Positions 1-11,400 of a stretch of DNA of 64,000 nucleotides are shown piece by piece. Where the stretch lies: NCBI RefSeq assembly GCF_006345805.1, contig NC_043000.1:125922001-125986000 (forward strand), written 5' to 3'. This DNA comes from Octopus sinensis. Taxonomy: Eukaryota. A program made the position numbers and the translations under genes. Numbering within the stretch: position 1 is the stretch's first letter; each line of letters starts with the position of its first letter. The notes under the pieces were generated by a model, which had not been told where the DNA came from, ran no database searches, and saw nothing but the letters and a program-made list of their open reading frames with translations.

Positions 1-1732
1 GAGGGATTTGCATTTGAGCAACTTAATGAAAAGGCTGTGTGTTTGTGTGTTTGTTATATCGAAACATACCTGTGATTTACCGTTGTGATCCTCTGTGCTG
101 CTGCAGCTTTAATGCTTAGAGATGATGCTTACTTCCACTGCAGGAATTCTCTTTTAATATGTTCCTCTATTAAGATGATATTAATATTTTATAAATTGAA
201 AATTTTTTTAAGAAGAAATATACACAGACATCAGCTTTTGAAATGCATGGCACTTTACTTGTTTGCATCTTTTGATGTAAAAAAACTTGTCCCTTGCTAC
301 CTCTTGTCCACACTTGGGTACAGCTCATGCAAATTACAGCAAAGGCAAAACATAAAACTATTAAGAATAACAACAAAAAAACAACAACAACAGTAATAAT
401 AATTACACCTAATTACGTTATACAAACTATACAAACTGGAATAAGTTTACTGTGAAGTCAAAAACAGGCTGGCTTGATAGCTCATGCAGGACACTGCAGC
501 AGCAGGAATATTTCCATGATACAGATACCACTTCTTTCCTCGGATTCCGCTCTTTCCCTTTAATGTATATTACATATAGCTACATATTTAAATAAATGGC
601 TACATGTGTATATGTGCATGTGCATGCACACACACACACACACACACATAAACATACATTCTTAGGTCATTAGATACTTTAGTAGCTAGGAGAGATTCAT
701 AAGCATCAAATTTAGAATATGTTTTTGAATTAAATAATACCCACACATGTGCCTGCATCATAGATAGACTTAACATCTCCAGGTGTGTGTGTGTGTGACC
801 TTATTGTATTCTGTAAACCATGAGAGGATTGGGTTCACTTCATTATAACTAAAGATTTTAGTTTTGCTTAACATCAAATTCTCCCAATGATGAAAATCCT
901 GTTGCTAAAACCCAAACAATTGTTGTATTTGAAAGGATTTCACTTGTGTTTTAGTTACATTATTTATTTGTTATTTGGAAATTAGATATAATGATAGTCA
1001 TAAATTGTGTGTGTGTGTCTATATCCTATTTTTATTTTGAATTTCGCTCAAGAATTTGTCAGTATGTCTCTCCTAAAATCTAACCCTTACACTTTATTCT
1101 TCACACGTTACTTCAAAGAAACAACTGTAGAATTAAATTAAGTATACAGTTTCTTGGAATAATTTTATATAAAAGAATTTTTTAAAATCATAAAAAATAT
1201 TCCAATAGATTTCTTAGCATTTCCTGTGAACTTCGACAAAACAAATTGGCTGAAACAAAAATAGCTCATCTGATATTTATTTCTAAAAGAAACAAAAAAG
1301 AAAGAAAAAATCATAATGATGAATAGAAAAATATTTCAGAAAAAATAAAATTTCCTTCTGGAATTTTAATGGCTCAAAATTGCCTTGTTGCATGTTGGAT
1401 TTCTTTTAGTTTTTAGAAATCAAAGAATTCACAGCTGGTATTTTATTGATTCATTTGTATTTGTTCAATTCCCATTGATTCAGTGCTTACAACTATTAAT
1501 GTTGGGATCCTTTTTTTATATTTTTATAGAAAGAATCCTATAGGGATTACTTAAAAAAAAAAGAACTTAGATCAGTGACTAAACTAATAGCTGTCTCTTT
1601 ATTTAATGTTATCCTGTTATAAAAATCAGTGTTTGAACCAGTAATCAACTTCGAGACTTAGAAGATAGGGTATTTTATCAGAAAAATTTTGTCTTGATAA
1701 GATTTTTTTTTTTTCCTTACATTCTTTAACAT

Positions 1733-2278
1733 CAGCTGGCAGATTCATTAGCACACCAGGCAAAATGCTTAGTGGTATTTCATCTGCTGCTACGTTCTGA
1801 GTTCAAATTCCACCGAGGTCGACTTTGCCTTTCATCCTTTCAGGGTCGATTTAATTAGTACCAGTTACGCACTGGGGTCGATATAATCGACTTAATCCGT
1901 TTGTCTGTCCTTGTTTGTTCTCTCTGTGTTTAGCCCCTTGTGGGTAGTAAAGAAATAGGTATTTCATCTGTCCTTATGTTCTGAGTTCAAATTCCTCCAA
2001 GGCTGGTGTTGCCTTTTATCCTTTCAGGGTTGATAAAATAAGTACCAGTTGTGCACTGGGGTTGATGTAATCAACTTAACTACTCCTGAGTAAGAGTATA
2101 AAAACTGCTCTCCTCTGCCAATCCATGTTGTGCCAGTGTGGCAGAGTAGACTCATCAAACCAGTATTATCTCAAGCTGAAATTCACAGCCTCCACAGCTG
2201 ACCATGATTAGTAGAGAGAATACACTGAGGCCTTCATCCTGCAGGGGACTGAGCATGGGCAATCCAATCCAATCCAGA
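1733..2278 (+). mobile_element. tRNA-derived SINE family A: two-unit copy with an alternative (CCAAT)n-ending tail
   Basis: Head GCTGGCAGATTCATTAGCAC (A box), B-box-like GAGTTCAAATTCC and central GAGGTCGACTTTGCCTTTCATCCTTTCAGGGTCGAT...AGTACCAG (recalled as Meta-domain-like). The unit repeats at 1958. Confidence 0.8.
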
Positions 2279-2576
2279 CATCAGTTAACTGAAATTGCAG
2301 AAATTGAAGAAATTTCAGTAATCTTTTTTAGAGTCCCTATTAAAATGGGTGGAGTACTTGTTTCAGTCATTTGACTGTGCCCATTCTGGAGCACCACCCT
2401 TAATGGGTTTTAGTTGAAGAAATCAACCCCAGGGCTTAATCTTTGTAAGCCTAGTACTTATTCTACTGATTTCTTTTGCCAAACTGCTAAGTTACAGGGG
2501 ATATAAACACACCAACATCAGTTGTCAAGCGATGGTGTGGGGACAAACACAGATACACACACATAAATATATATAT

Positions 2577-2625
<49 letters not shown>

Positions 2626-3209
2626 GCTTCTGTCAGTTACCATCTACCAAATCCACTCACGAGGTTTTGGTTGGCCCAAGGTTATAGTAGAAGACATTTG
2701 CCCAAGGTGCCAAGCAGTGGGACTGAACTCAGAACCATGTGATTGGGAAGCTAGCTTCTTACCACTAGCAATTTCAGTCATTGGATTGCTGCCATGCTGG
2801 GTATGGTATTTATTCTATAACTCTCTTTTTATGAATTGCTAGATTACTGGAACATAAACAAACCAACATCAGTTGTCAAGAAGTGTTAGGAGACAAACAC
2901 AGAGCCCCCAGACACACGCACACATATGACTGGCTTCCATACAGTTTCTGTCTACCAGGGGGTTATAGTAGAAGACACTTGCCCAAGGTACTGCACTGTG
3001 GAACTGAATCCTAAACTGTATTATTGCAAAGCAGCCATACCTGCATCTATATATCTATAAATTAATTTTGCTGAATAAAAACAAAAAAAGGAAAAGGAAA
3101 AAAAAAAATAGAATAATGAAGGAACCTTCCAGTACAGGGTAGTCCTAAAGTTTTGTCGTCCCCTACCAAAAAGTAATAAGAACAATATAATAATGTACTG
3201 GTTTTAGTA

Positions 3210-3775
3210 TTGGGTTGTCCGGAAAGTTCGTGCCAATTTATAGTAGCTTACCTTTCGACTTATTTTAAAACGTGGTTGAGTCCATAAAATAGAATTTGAC
3301 TACACGTCCATTTAGAGCACAGTTTAAACTATCTTTTCGTGGAAGAAGGTTTATGTTCCTATGACCTGTGTTAATTATGTAACCCTTTAAAACAGAAGAT
3401 AAGAAAGTTCACTTTCGGCACTTGATGCTTTGGGAACCAGACAAAAATTGCTGCAGCTTGGCTGGGATGTGTTACTCCACCCTCCATATTCACCAGATAT
3501 TGCTCCCTCAGATTTCCACTTATTCAGGTCTCTGCAAAATAGTCTTAATGGTAAAAATTTCAGTTCCTTGGATGATGTAAAAAGATACCTTGATGAATTC
3601 TTTGCCATGAAACCACCTCAATTCTGGGAAGAGGGTATTTTCAAGTTAAAGGAAAGATGGAGATGCATTGTGCAACAAAATGGTTCATATTTGGTTGATT
3701 AAAAATGTAATGGCAAGTATTTACTGACCTTTTTCTTTCCTTTAAAAATCGACACGAACTTTCCAGACAACCCAA
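3210..3775 (+). mobile_element. Internally deleted mariner (Tc1/mariner, mellifera-subfamily-like) non-autonomous element, 566 bp
   Basis: 30-bp TIRs TTGGGTTGTCCGGAAAGTTCGTGCCAATTT and (reverse complement) TTGGGTTGTCTGGAAAGTTCGTGTCGATTT are 27/30 identical. TA lies on both sides (3208-3209, 3776-3777). An N-terminal remnant EDKKVHFRHLMLWE (3395-3436) is fused to the C-terminal transposase (RQKLLQLGWDVLLHPPYSPDIAPSDFHLFRSLQNSLNG...). Confidence 0.93.
3430..3702 (+). pseudogene. Mariner transposase C-terminal fragment (YSPDIAPSD motif carrying the third catalytic Asp)
   Basis: The 90-aa ORF in the track has HPPYSPDIAPSDFHLFRSLQNSL and the typical mariner C-terminus. The DNA-binding domain and the first two catalytic residues are deleted. 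Confidence 0.9.
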
Positions 3776-4029
3776 TATATACACTTTCATTGACACTGAC
3801 ACTGTTACACATTGAGAAAGTCTGTACAAACACCATCATCTTTGTGGCACAAAATAATGTGGTGCCATGTCCTATGTGATATTTTATGAAGCTGTGCTTT
3901 TGTGATTGTTGTAAAGGCTGCCAAAGCAGTCTCCTTGATAATAGAAAATTAAAACAATATTTACAGGTGGTGACAAGACTTTTGGACCACCCTGCACATT
4001 TGATGTGGAAACAAAAAAAATTTAGTTGA

Positions 4030-4740
4030 AAAATTTGGTTTCAAATTTTTGGCACGAGGCCAGCGGTTTTTTGGGGGAAGTGATTGGTTGATTATATCAT
4101 CCCCAGTGCTCAACTGGTACTTATTTTATTGACCCTGAAAAGATGAATGGCAAAGTTGACTCAGTAGAATTTTAACTTAGAACCTAAAAATGGACGAAAT
4201 AATAATAATAATAATAATAATAATTGTGTACAGTGCTCAGGTGCACTACAACTCATCTAAAGTGTATATATAATCAGGTGTAGTTTCGACGGATTTCGGG
4301 AAGCATGAGGGCCTTAAAGGATGCAGTGTCATGGCAGTCAACAACTGATGCAGGCAGTTTATTCCACGCTTCAGCAACCCTGAGCGTGAAAAAATGTTTC
4401 CGAAAGTCATGGGAGCTGTGTTGTTTTCTGACTTTGTAGGCATGTCCACGTGTGTTAGACACATGGAGATCAAAAAGGTGTTCAGTGTTGTTGTTGGTGA
4501 GGTGGTTGATAACCTTGTGGGTGTTTACCAAGTCCGTCGCTAGACGCCGGAGCTTCAGTGAATCCATGCCCAGGGAAACAAGGCGCTCAGAATATGGTAG
4601 GTGTCTGATGGAGGGTATGCGTTTTGTTGCACGTCTCTGGACAGATTCCAGGAGGTCAATGTTCTGAGCAAGATAGGAATAGGAATGCTGCTAAGCATTT
4701 TGCCTGGTGTGTTAATGATTCTACCAGTTCACCACCTTAA
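4030..4740 (-). mobile_element. SINE family A split in two by the CR1 insertion
   Basis: The head (rc AAGGTGGTGAACTGGTAGAATC...GCTTAGCAGCATT) lies at ~4680-4740. The continuation (rc ATTTCGTCC...TTTGCCATTCATCTTTTCAGGG...) lies at ~4030-4200, on the other side of the LINE. Confidence 0.75.
4199..4677 (-). mobile_element. 5'-truncated CR1-clade LINE (RT C-terminus, short 3' UTR, (TAT)n tail)
   Basis: The minus frame reads YLAQNIDLLESVQRRATKRIPSIRHLPYSERLVSLGMDSLKLRRLATDLVNTHKVINHL...TRGHAYKV...RKHFFTLRVAEAWNKLP without stops. These are CR1 C-terminal motifs (TRGH, RKHFFxxRVxxxWNxLP). Trinucleotide tail at 4199-4223. Confidence 0.9.
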
Positions 4741-4991
4741 TAATAATTTCTGATTTAGGCCTCAGACTAGCAATTTTAAAGGGATGGGAATTAGACAATA
4801 CCCTTGATCCAATATTTTACTGGTGTTTTATTTTACCAATCCTAAAAAGTTGAAAGGCAGAGTGACCCTCAACAGGATTTGAACTCAGAACATAATTACA
4901 AACAAAAGATCACTAAGCATTTTGCTCAACATGCTAACAATTCTGCTAGCTCAACACTTTAATTTTAAAGTTGAAAATATTAAATACATAG

Positions 4992-5160
4992 ATGTAGGAG
5001 TGGCTGTGTGGTAAGTAGCTTGCTTACTAACCACATGGTTCCAGGTTCAGCCCATTGCATGGCACCTTGGGCAAGGGTCTTCTATTATAGCCTCGGGCCG
5101 ACCAAAGCCTTGTGAGTGGATTTGGTAGACAGAAACTGAAAGAAGCCCATCGTATATATG

Positions 5161-5206
<46 letters not shown>

Positions 5207-5416
5207 TATGTTTGAGTGTCTGTTTGTCCTCCCAACTTCACCTGACAACTGATGCTGGTGTATTTACGTCTTCGTAACTTAGCGGTTCAGCAAAAGAGAT
5301 GGCTAGAATAAGTACTAGGCTTACAAAGAATAAGTCCTGGGATCAATTTGCTCGACTAAAGGCGGTGCTCCAGCATGGCCGCAGTCAAATGACTGAAACA
5401 GCTAAAAGAGTAAAAG
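4992..5416 (+). mobile_element. tRNA-derived SINE family B with an internal (TA)/(TG) microsatellite
   Basis: Head TGGCTGTGTGGTAAGTAGCTTGC...GGTTCCAGGTTCAG; half-CORE-like GGCACCTTGGGCAAG; central microsatellite; 3' part GAATAAGTACTAGGC...GGTGCTCCAGCATGGCCGCAGTCAAATGACTGAAAC. Confidence 0.85.
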
Positions 5417-5764
5417 CGTACATGTGAAATTATTCTTGTATCATTCTATGACCATTGCCATTTCATTAAAACAAGAATTGCATGTTTACTTCAACAACCA
5501 GTAAATTTAATGACTCCCAGAATCAATTAGATAAAAATATAATGAAGTTTGTTTCTAATTAATAAATTCATGCAACTGAATCTCTACTGTTCAGTAGAGT
5601 CTCTATATTATTTACACTCCCTTCCTTTTCTTTTAATTAAAGATTTTTGTTAATGTGACTTTATTTAGATGATGATTAGAAACTGTGATTATTAATGCTT
5701 AAAGCAGACAAGATGGGCAAATGGAATGTATGTTGTTATATAATTATTATTATTATTATTATTA

Positions 5765-6160
5765 AGGCAGCAAGCTGGCAGAATCGTTAGCACGCCGGAC
5801 GAAATGCTTAGCGGTATTTCGTCTGCCGTTACGTTGTGAGTTCAAATTCCGCTGAGGTCGACTTTGCCTTTCATCTTTTCGTTGTCGATTAAATAAGTAC
5901 CAGTTACACACTGGGGTCGATATAATCAACTTAATCCGTTTGTCTGTCCTTGGTTGTCCCTTCTGTGTTTAGCCCCTTATGGGTAGTAAAGAAATAGGTA
6001 TTTCACCAGTCACTACGTTCTTAGTTCAAATTCCACCAAGGGCAACTTTGCCTTTCATCCTTTCGGGGTCGATAAATCAAGTACCAGTTGAGTACTGGGG
6101 TCAATGTAATCAACTTATCCCCTCCCACAAAATTGCTGTGTTTGTGGCAAAATTTGAAAC

Positions 6161-6161
<1 letters not shown>
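5765..6161 (+). mobile_element. SINE family A, two-unit copy flanked by (ATT)n
   Basis: AAGGCAGCAAGCTGGCAGAATCGTTAGCACGCCGGACGAAATGCTTAGCGGTATTTCGTC...GAGTTCAAATTCC...; the second unit starts at ~5998; (ATT)n follows at 6162-6217. Confidence 0.85.

Positions 6162-6217
<56 letters not shown>
6162..6217. repeat. (ATT)n microsatellite; similar tracts at 19926-19964, 31770-31812, 32013-32106, 32322-32373, 32589-32630
   Basis: Direct reading; source of the poly-Ile ORFs. Confidence 0.95.
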
Positions 6218-6867
6218 CTCAATTTGGCACAATACTATGAGCTTGGTACATGTACATAATTTAGCTTCCAGACTCTTTTCTTTACAATGTTCAACGAAAG
6301 TTTGAGTCATTGAGGGACTTATAAAACTTCATGTTGGAATGGTTTCTTGTTACCTCATCCAGGTGCTTGGAACACTTTCAGCTCACTCTTTCTCAGTTGT
6401 GAAAAACTTATTCAGTCTTTATTGCAATACTATTTGCAATTGGGTTGACTTAGCACTTATGAAGAAGGACAGTGTCAGTTAAATCTACCCTAGAACTTGA
6501 CTGGTTCCTGTTATTCTGTAGATATCTGCAAGATGAAATTAAAGTTAACCTTGGCTGAATTCAATCTTAGAATGTAAGGAAGTGCCATAAGATACTGCAA
6601 GATGTTTTGTCTAGCATGCTGCCATTTCTGTTACTCTATCAACCAAAATATTAGAATAAATCTCTTATGGTTAGTGAATGACGTATAGCTTTAAATGAAG
6701 AATGTCATTTTTAGACACTTGTTTAAATCCTTACTCAATTTGTAAATACATAGTATTAAAAAAAAACAGAAAGAGCTGCAGGCAACAAGAGCTTTTTAAG
6801 AATTATAATAATTGTTGAAGAACCTACAAATGTGGTGATATGTTTGTTTAGCATATATTATTACACA

Positions 6868-7254
6868 CAAGGCCGGATTAAGCACTGAAAAGATGTTTGC
6901 GACCCCATATATATGTAATTCAGAATATGAACAATGATAAACCATAAAATAAATTTGTATTTTTCAAAATGAAACAAAACTAAGAGTAAGACAGAAAATA
7001 ATGTTTATTTTTTAATATTTTCTGCTTTATTTATATTTGAAAAGTTTTCTCCTATTTTTGTTATAATTGCAAAATCTTGAATACTTCAAAATTATATTTA
7101 TGATCATATAAACCACATTGAATATTATTTTAGCAAGTCTAAAGTGATTTCTTTTGTACTGTAAACCATTTACCATTTCTTTAGTACTCCCACACACACT
7201 TCCTTTCATGCCCTAAGCACGTGCTTATTTTGCTTCATGGTTAATCCAGCACTG
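6868..7254. mobile_element. hAT-type MITE, 387 bp, with 8-bp TSD
   Basis: A perfect 8-bp direct repeat ATTACACA lies at 6860-6867 and 7255-7262. Termini CAAGGCCGGATTAA and (rc) CAGTGCTGGATTAA are 11/14 identical. An 8-bp TSD with CAG-type TIRs is characteristic of hAT. Confidence 0.8.
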
Positions 7255-7616
7255 ATTACACACACACACAACTGGTGGTTGTATTAGAAATGGTATGTTT
7301 GTGTGCGTGTATGTATACATACATTACATATATAGCTTGATAGAGACCCTACAACTGGTGGTAGTGATGGTGTTAAGTCTGGTGAAGATTAGTGTGGATA
7401 TATGTAAATGCATACATACATGCATGCTCATAGCTGATGGTTGTAGTACTGGTCTGGTATGTCTGTGTGTATTTATGTATGCTTATAGTGCATATAGATA
7501 ACATTCTAGAGCTTCTGGTTGTAGCAGAGGTGGTCTGTTTGTGTGTATATGCATACATTACAGATATAGATAGATAACACACTCTAGAACTGGTGTTTGT
7601 AGCAGGGGTAGTATTG

Positions 7617-8193
7617 TCATCATCATCGTCATACATCTGCTTTCCATGCTGGCATGGGTTGGCCAGTTTGACATGAAGCTGGCCAGCTCTGAGTATTGTC
7701 CTGACTCCAATTGTCTTTTATGGTATGGATGCCGTTCCTAATGCCAGCCACTTAACAGTGTGTGCTGGGTGCTTTTTACGTGCCACTGGCATGGCTATGT
7801 TTACACAGCACTGGCATGGGTGCTTTTTACGTGACACTGGCTCCTGAAAGGACAAGCTTGTATGTGTGGAAGACAGTGGTTTTACTTAGCTTCACGCATC
7901 TTCTCGAGTACATCAAATTACTACAACTCCCAGCCCTTTGTCATTTCCTCATTGAGGCCCAGCATCCAAAGATCGTTTCTCACCACTTTGTCCTTTGTCT
8001 ACCCCTTCTGCTGGTACTCTCCACAATTAGAGCTTGGGACTTCTTTACACAGCTGTCCTCATCCATACACATCACGTGACCAAACCAGCATGGTCTTCTC
8101 TCTTGCACACAACATCTGATGCCCCTTATACCCAGTTTTCCACTTAAATCATTTACACTCTGTCATGCATGCACTCTGACGTTACCCATATGC
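7617..8193 (-). mobile_element. 5'-truncated RTE-clade LINE (ORF2 C-terminus, 3' UTR, (GAT)n tail)
   Basis: The degenerate minus frame reads GKLGIRGIRCCVQERRPCWFGHVMCMDEDSCVKKSQALIVESTSRRGRQRTKW (RTE RRLRWxGHV...GRPRxTW). It continues into GGCACGTAAAAAGCACCC repeats, an AGGAAGGGCATCC-like motif and a GATGATGAT tail. Confidence 0.8.
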
Positions 8194-8232
8194 TTGTGTA
8201 TATAAATTATACATCTATCTATCTATCTGTCA

Positions 8233-8464
8233 AGGCAGCAAGCTGGCAGAAACGTTAGCACGCCAGGTAAAATGCGTAGCCGTATTTCGTCTGCCATTAC
8301 GTTCTGGCCTCAAATTCCGCCTAGGTCGACTTTGCCTTTCATCCTTTCGGGATCGATAAATTAAGTACCAGTTACGCACTGGGGTCGATGTAATCATCTT
8401 AATCCGTTTGTCTGTCCTTGTTTGTCCCCTCTGTATTTAGCCCCTTGTGGGTAGTAAAGAAATA
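8233..8464 (+). mobile_element. SINE family A, single-unit copy
   Basis: Near-consensus head, B box and central domain; ends at GGTAGTAAAGAAATA. Confidence 0.85.
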
Positions 8465-11400
8465 TATCTGTCTGTCTGTCTCTTTGTTTGTGTGTGTGTG
8501 AAGCCTTCATTACTCAAGGTTCATATGTGTCCATACTGGAGTGTTCCTCTTGTGAGTCAGAGTATTTTACTTTTTTAAATTCAAGACCAACTGTTGGCCA
8601 TGCAGCAGATCTTTCCCTCTTCAAGTCATCAATGTTTCCCAAAAGAATAGCAAGTCTGTATAGCTTAGCTGCAGTATTGTCACAGGCAAATGTAGAATGT
8701 TAAAATGCCCAAACAGATGCCACAAAGCTGTGATGTCATATTCTATTTTATCATATTTTATTACCTCCAGCAGGTTGACAGGTTAGGATGACCTCAGCAG
8801 GATTTGAATTACATTTCTTCAATGCTCTAAGGATTTTGCCTGTCCACTACTCTTACCCACACAGATAGGTTTACAAACAAAACAAAAGAGCACACAACAC
8901 ATGTCATGTAGTTTAGATATTTATATTGACAGATTAACTCTTGCATCTATGAGACATTAATGCAATTGTAAGTCAAGGCTGTTAATAACTTTGTGTGTGT
9001 GTGATAATGTTTTTGTTGTTGGTGTGACCCAAGCAAACCTTGATGAAGCAGACCGATAATTAAAGGCATGCTAACCATGTCCTTCTTGTCTTTATAAGTG
9101 TATGTAATGCTTTATTGTCTTGTCCTTATATAAGACTGCAGAGTGTAATTTGAAGGAGATGTGGCTGTGTACGAGTATGTCCCTATACACACTACATATA
9201 CATAAATGTGTGAGTGTGTGTGTGTATTCTTTACCTGTCTCATTCATTTGGTTGCGGCCATGCTGAAGCACCACCTTTTAGTCGAGCAAATCAACCCCTA
9301 CTGCTTATTCTACCGTTTTTTGTTTTTTTTTGCTGAACTGCTAAGTTACAGGGGCATAAACACACCAGCATCGGTTGTCAAGCAATGTTGGGAGGACAAA
9401 CACAGACACACAAACATATACACAGACATACATACACATATACATATATGACGGGCTTTTCCAGTTTCCGTCTACCAAATCCACTCACAAGGCTTTGGTC
9501 GGCCCAAGGCTATAGTACAAGACACATGCCCAAGGTGCCACACAGTGGGACTGAACCCAGGACCATGTGGTTGGTAAGCAAGCTATTTACCACACAGCCA
9601 CTCCTGCACCTATATATATATAAATAATGAAAAATACACGTTGTGTATAGGACATCACCAATGAGAGAAAAGTACAGGATAAAATGCCAAAAGGAAACTC
9701 CTCATCAGTTGTCAGACTGTTTATTAGTCCCTATTTCATGCTTTTAATGACAATAAAGAGACCTTCATAAGACAGCAGCAAGCAATTTAACATTAAGCTG
9801 AAGGATTACTCAACTCTATAGTCAAGTACATATTAACTTTCTACAAGTTGACAGTGACTTTTTAAGTTTCATCCTGCTTGCTTAAATCAGTCATCACCAG
9901 GTGTGAGCAAGTAAAAACTTCAAAGTCACTATCAACCTTGCCCTTATAAAAAAATAAATATATGTCCTAACGATTTTTTTGTTTTTTTTATATAAATACA
10001 TTAAATTATCATTATTTTATGTCAGTTTTTCCTTACTGGAATCACTGCAGGTTTCCCCTGCACAGTGTCTTCCAACTTGTTGACATCGTTTGTCATCTTC
10101 ATTTTATGCTTTAGCTTTTGGTATCTGCTGTCATCATTTCCCATGTCTTTTTTCGTCTTCCATTTAGTCTTCTTGGTATTTCTTCATCCAATATCATCTT
10201 CTTCACAACTACTCTCACCCACCATTATAAAATGCTGGGTAGCTGTGTTTCTCCTCTATGGCCAGACCTGTTCTTGTTTCTCTATCATGCTCTCACGTCT
10301 TAACACCTGACATAAAGCCATTTCCACTTCATCTCAAATATCTCCCACCCCATCTCAGTCAACAGGGCTTTTCTTTTCTCTTCTGCCCCTTTTCTGTCTT
10401 TCAAGTTACTTCATAATCTCACCAGCACTAACAGCATGAGAAAAGCCTGCTGTACAGTATACACTCTTAAGTGGCTGGCATTAAAGGAAAGGCATTCATC
10501 CAAAGAAACCATGCCAAAAATGACATTGAAGCCAGATGCAGCCCTGCAGTTTGCTGGATCTTGTCAAGCTGTCCAATTCATGCCAACATGGGAGATGGAT
10601 GTTAAATGATGATGATATGTTTGTGCACCATAGTTCAGGCATTCCATCATTACACATCCCAGTGAAGCAAGTTCACTCCCTGTGCATGTAATGTTTGTTT
10701 TCAAACTTCACATATCTTCCGCATTCAGTATTCATGTTTTTCTACCACACAGTATTACACTTTGTACACAAACATCTTGCAGTTTACCTTTCACTCAGAA
10801 AACATATCTATTTGTAACAGTTACCTAAACTATTTTTCCACCCTATTCTTTACACTGATTAATGTATTTTCAGAGCACCCATCTTCATGGCTAATTTGGT
10901 TACCTTCAATCATCAGCTAATTCTTGAGAGTTTTCCAAGAATTTGAAAGAAATTTAGCTCATGGTTGCTCTTACTGATAATTACTCTTGTGAATTTATCA
11001 CTTACAAAATCTTCCTTTGCCATTTGCCTTCCAATGGCCCGATTACATTTCTTTGTCCAAAGTTTACATTGAGTACACCTTATAGAAATCCTACTTTCTT
11101 TGTGTTTTTTGTTTGTCGAGGATGGCCGCTAATTTATCTTCTATCTCTTACTTGTTTAAGTCATTTGACTGCAGCCATAGCCATGCTGGAGTACAGCCCC
11201 TTGAAGAATTTTTAGTCAAATGAATTGACCCCAGTACTTATTTTTTTAAAAGCCTGGTACTTATTCTATCAGTCTCTTTTGCCAAACCACTTTGTTATGG
11301 GGACATAAACACACAAACACTTATTGCCAAGTGGTGGTGGGGTGGGGGGACAAACACAGACACAAAGAGACATATACAAATATATATCATCATCATCATC

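Larger units (their letters stand above)
3135..3994. mobile_element. Older Tc1/mariner-type MITE (~290 bp without the insert) interrupted by the mariner at 3210-3775
   Basis: TIR CAGGGTAGTCCTAAAGTTTTGTCGTCCCCT (3135-3164) versus the reverse complement of 3965-3994, CAGGGTGGTCCAAAAGTCTTGTCACCACCT, is 24/30 identical. TA precedes the left end; the right flank reads CA (decayed TA). Confidence 0.8.

Noticed and set aside
7270-7620. CRISPR-like or minisatellite array (recurring CTGGT.GTTGTAG units about 80-90 bp apart)
   Set aside because: The repeats are highly degenerate and the spacers are TA/TG simple sequence; this is a decayed low-complexity tandem repeat in a eukaryote, not CRISPR.
10060-10330. 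Third RTE C-terminal fragment on the minus strand (GRRKKTW-like)
   Set aside because: It is too degenerate (multiple stops, one short motif) to support as a feature.
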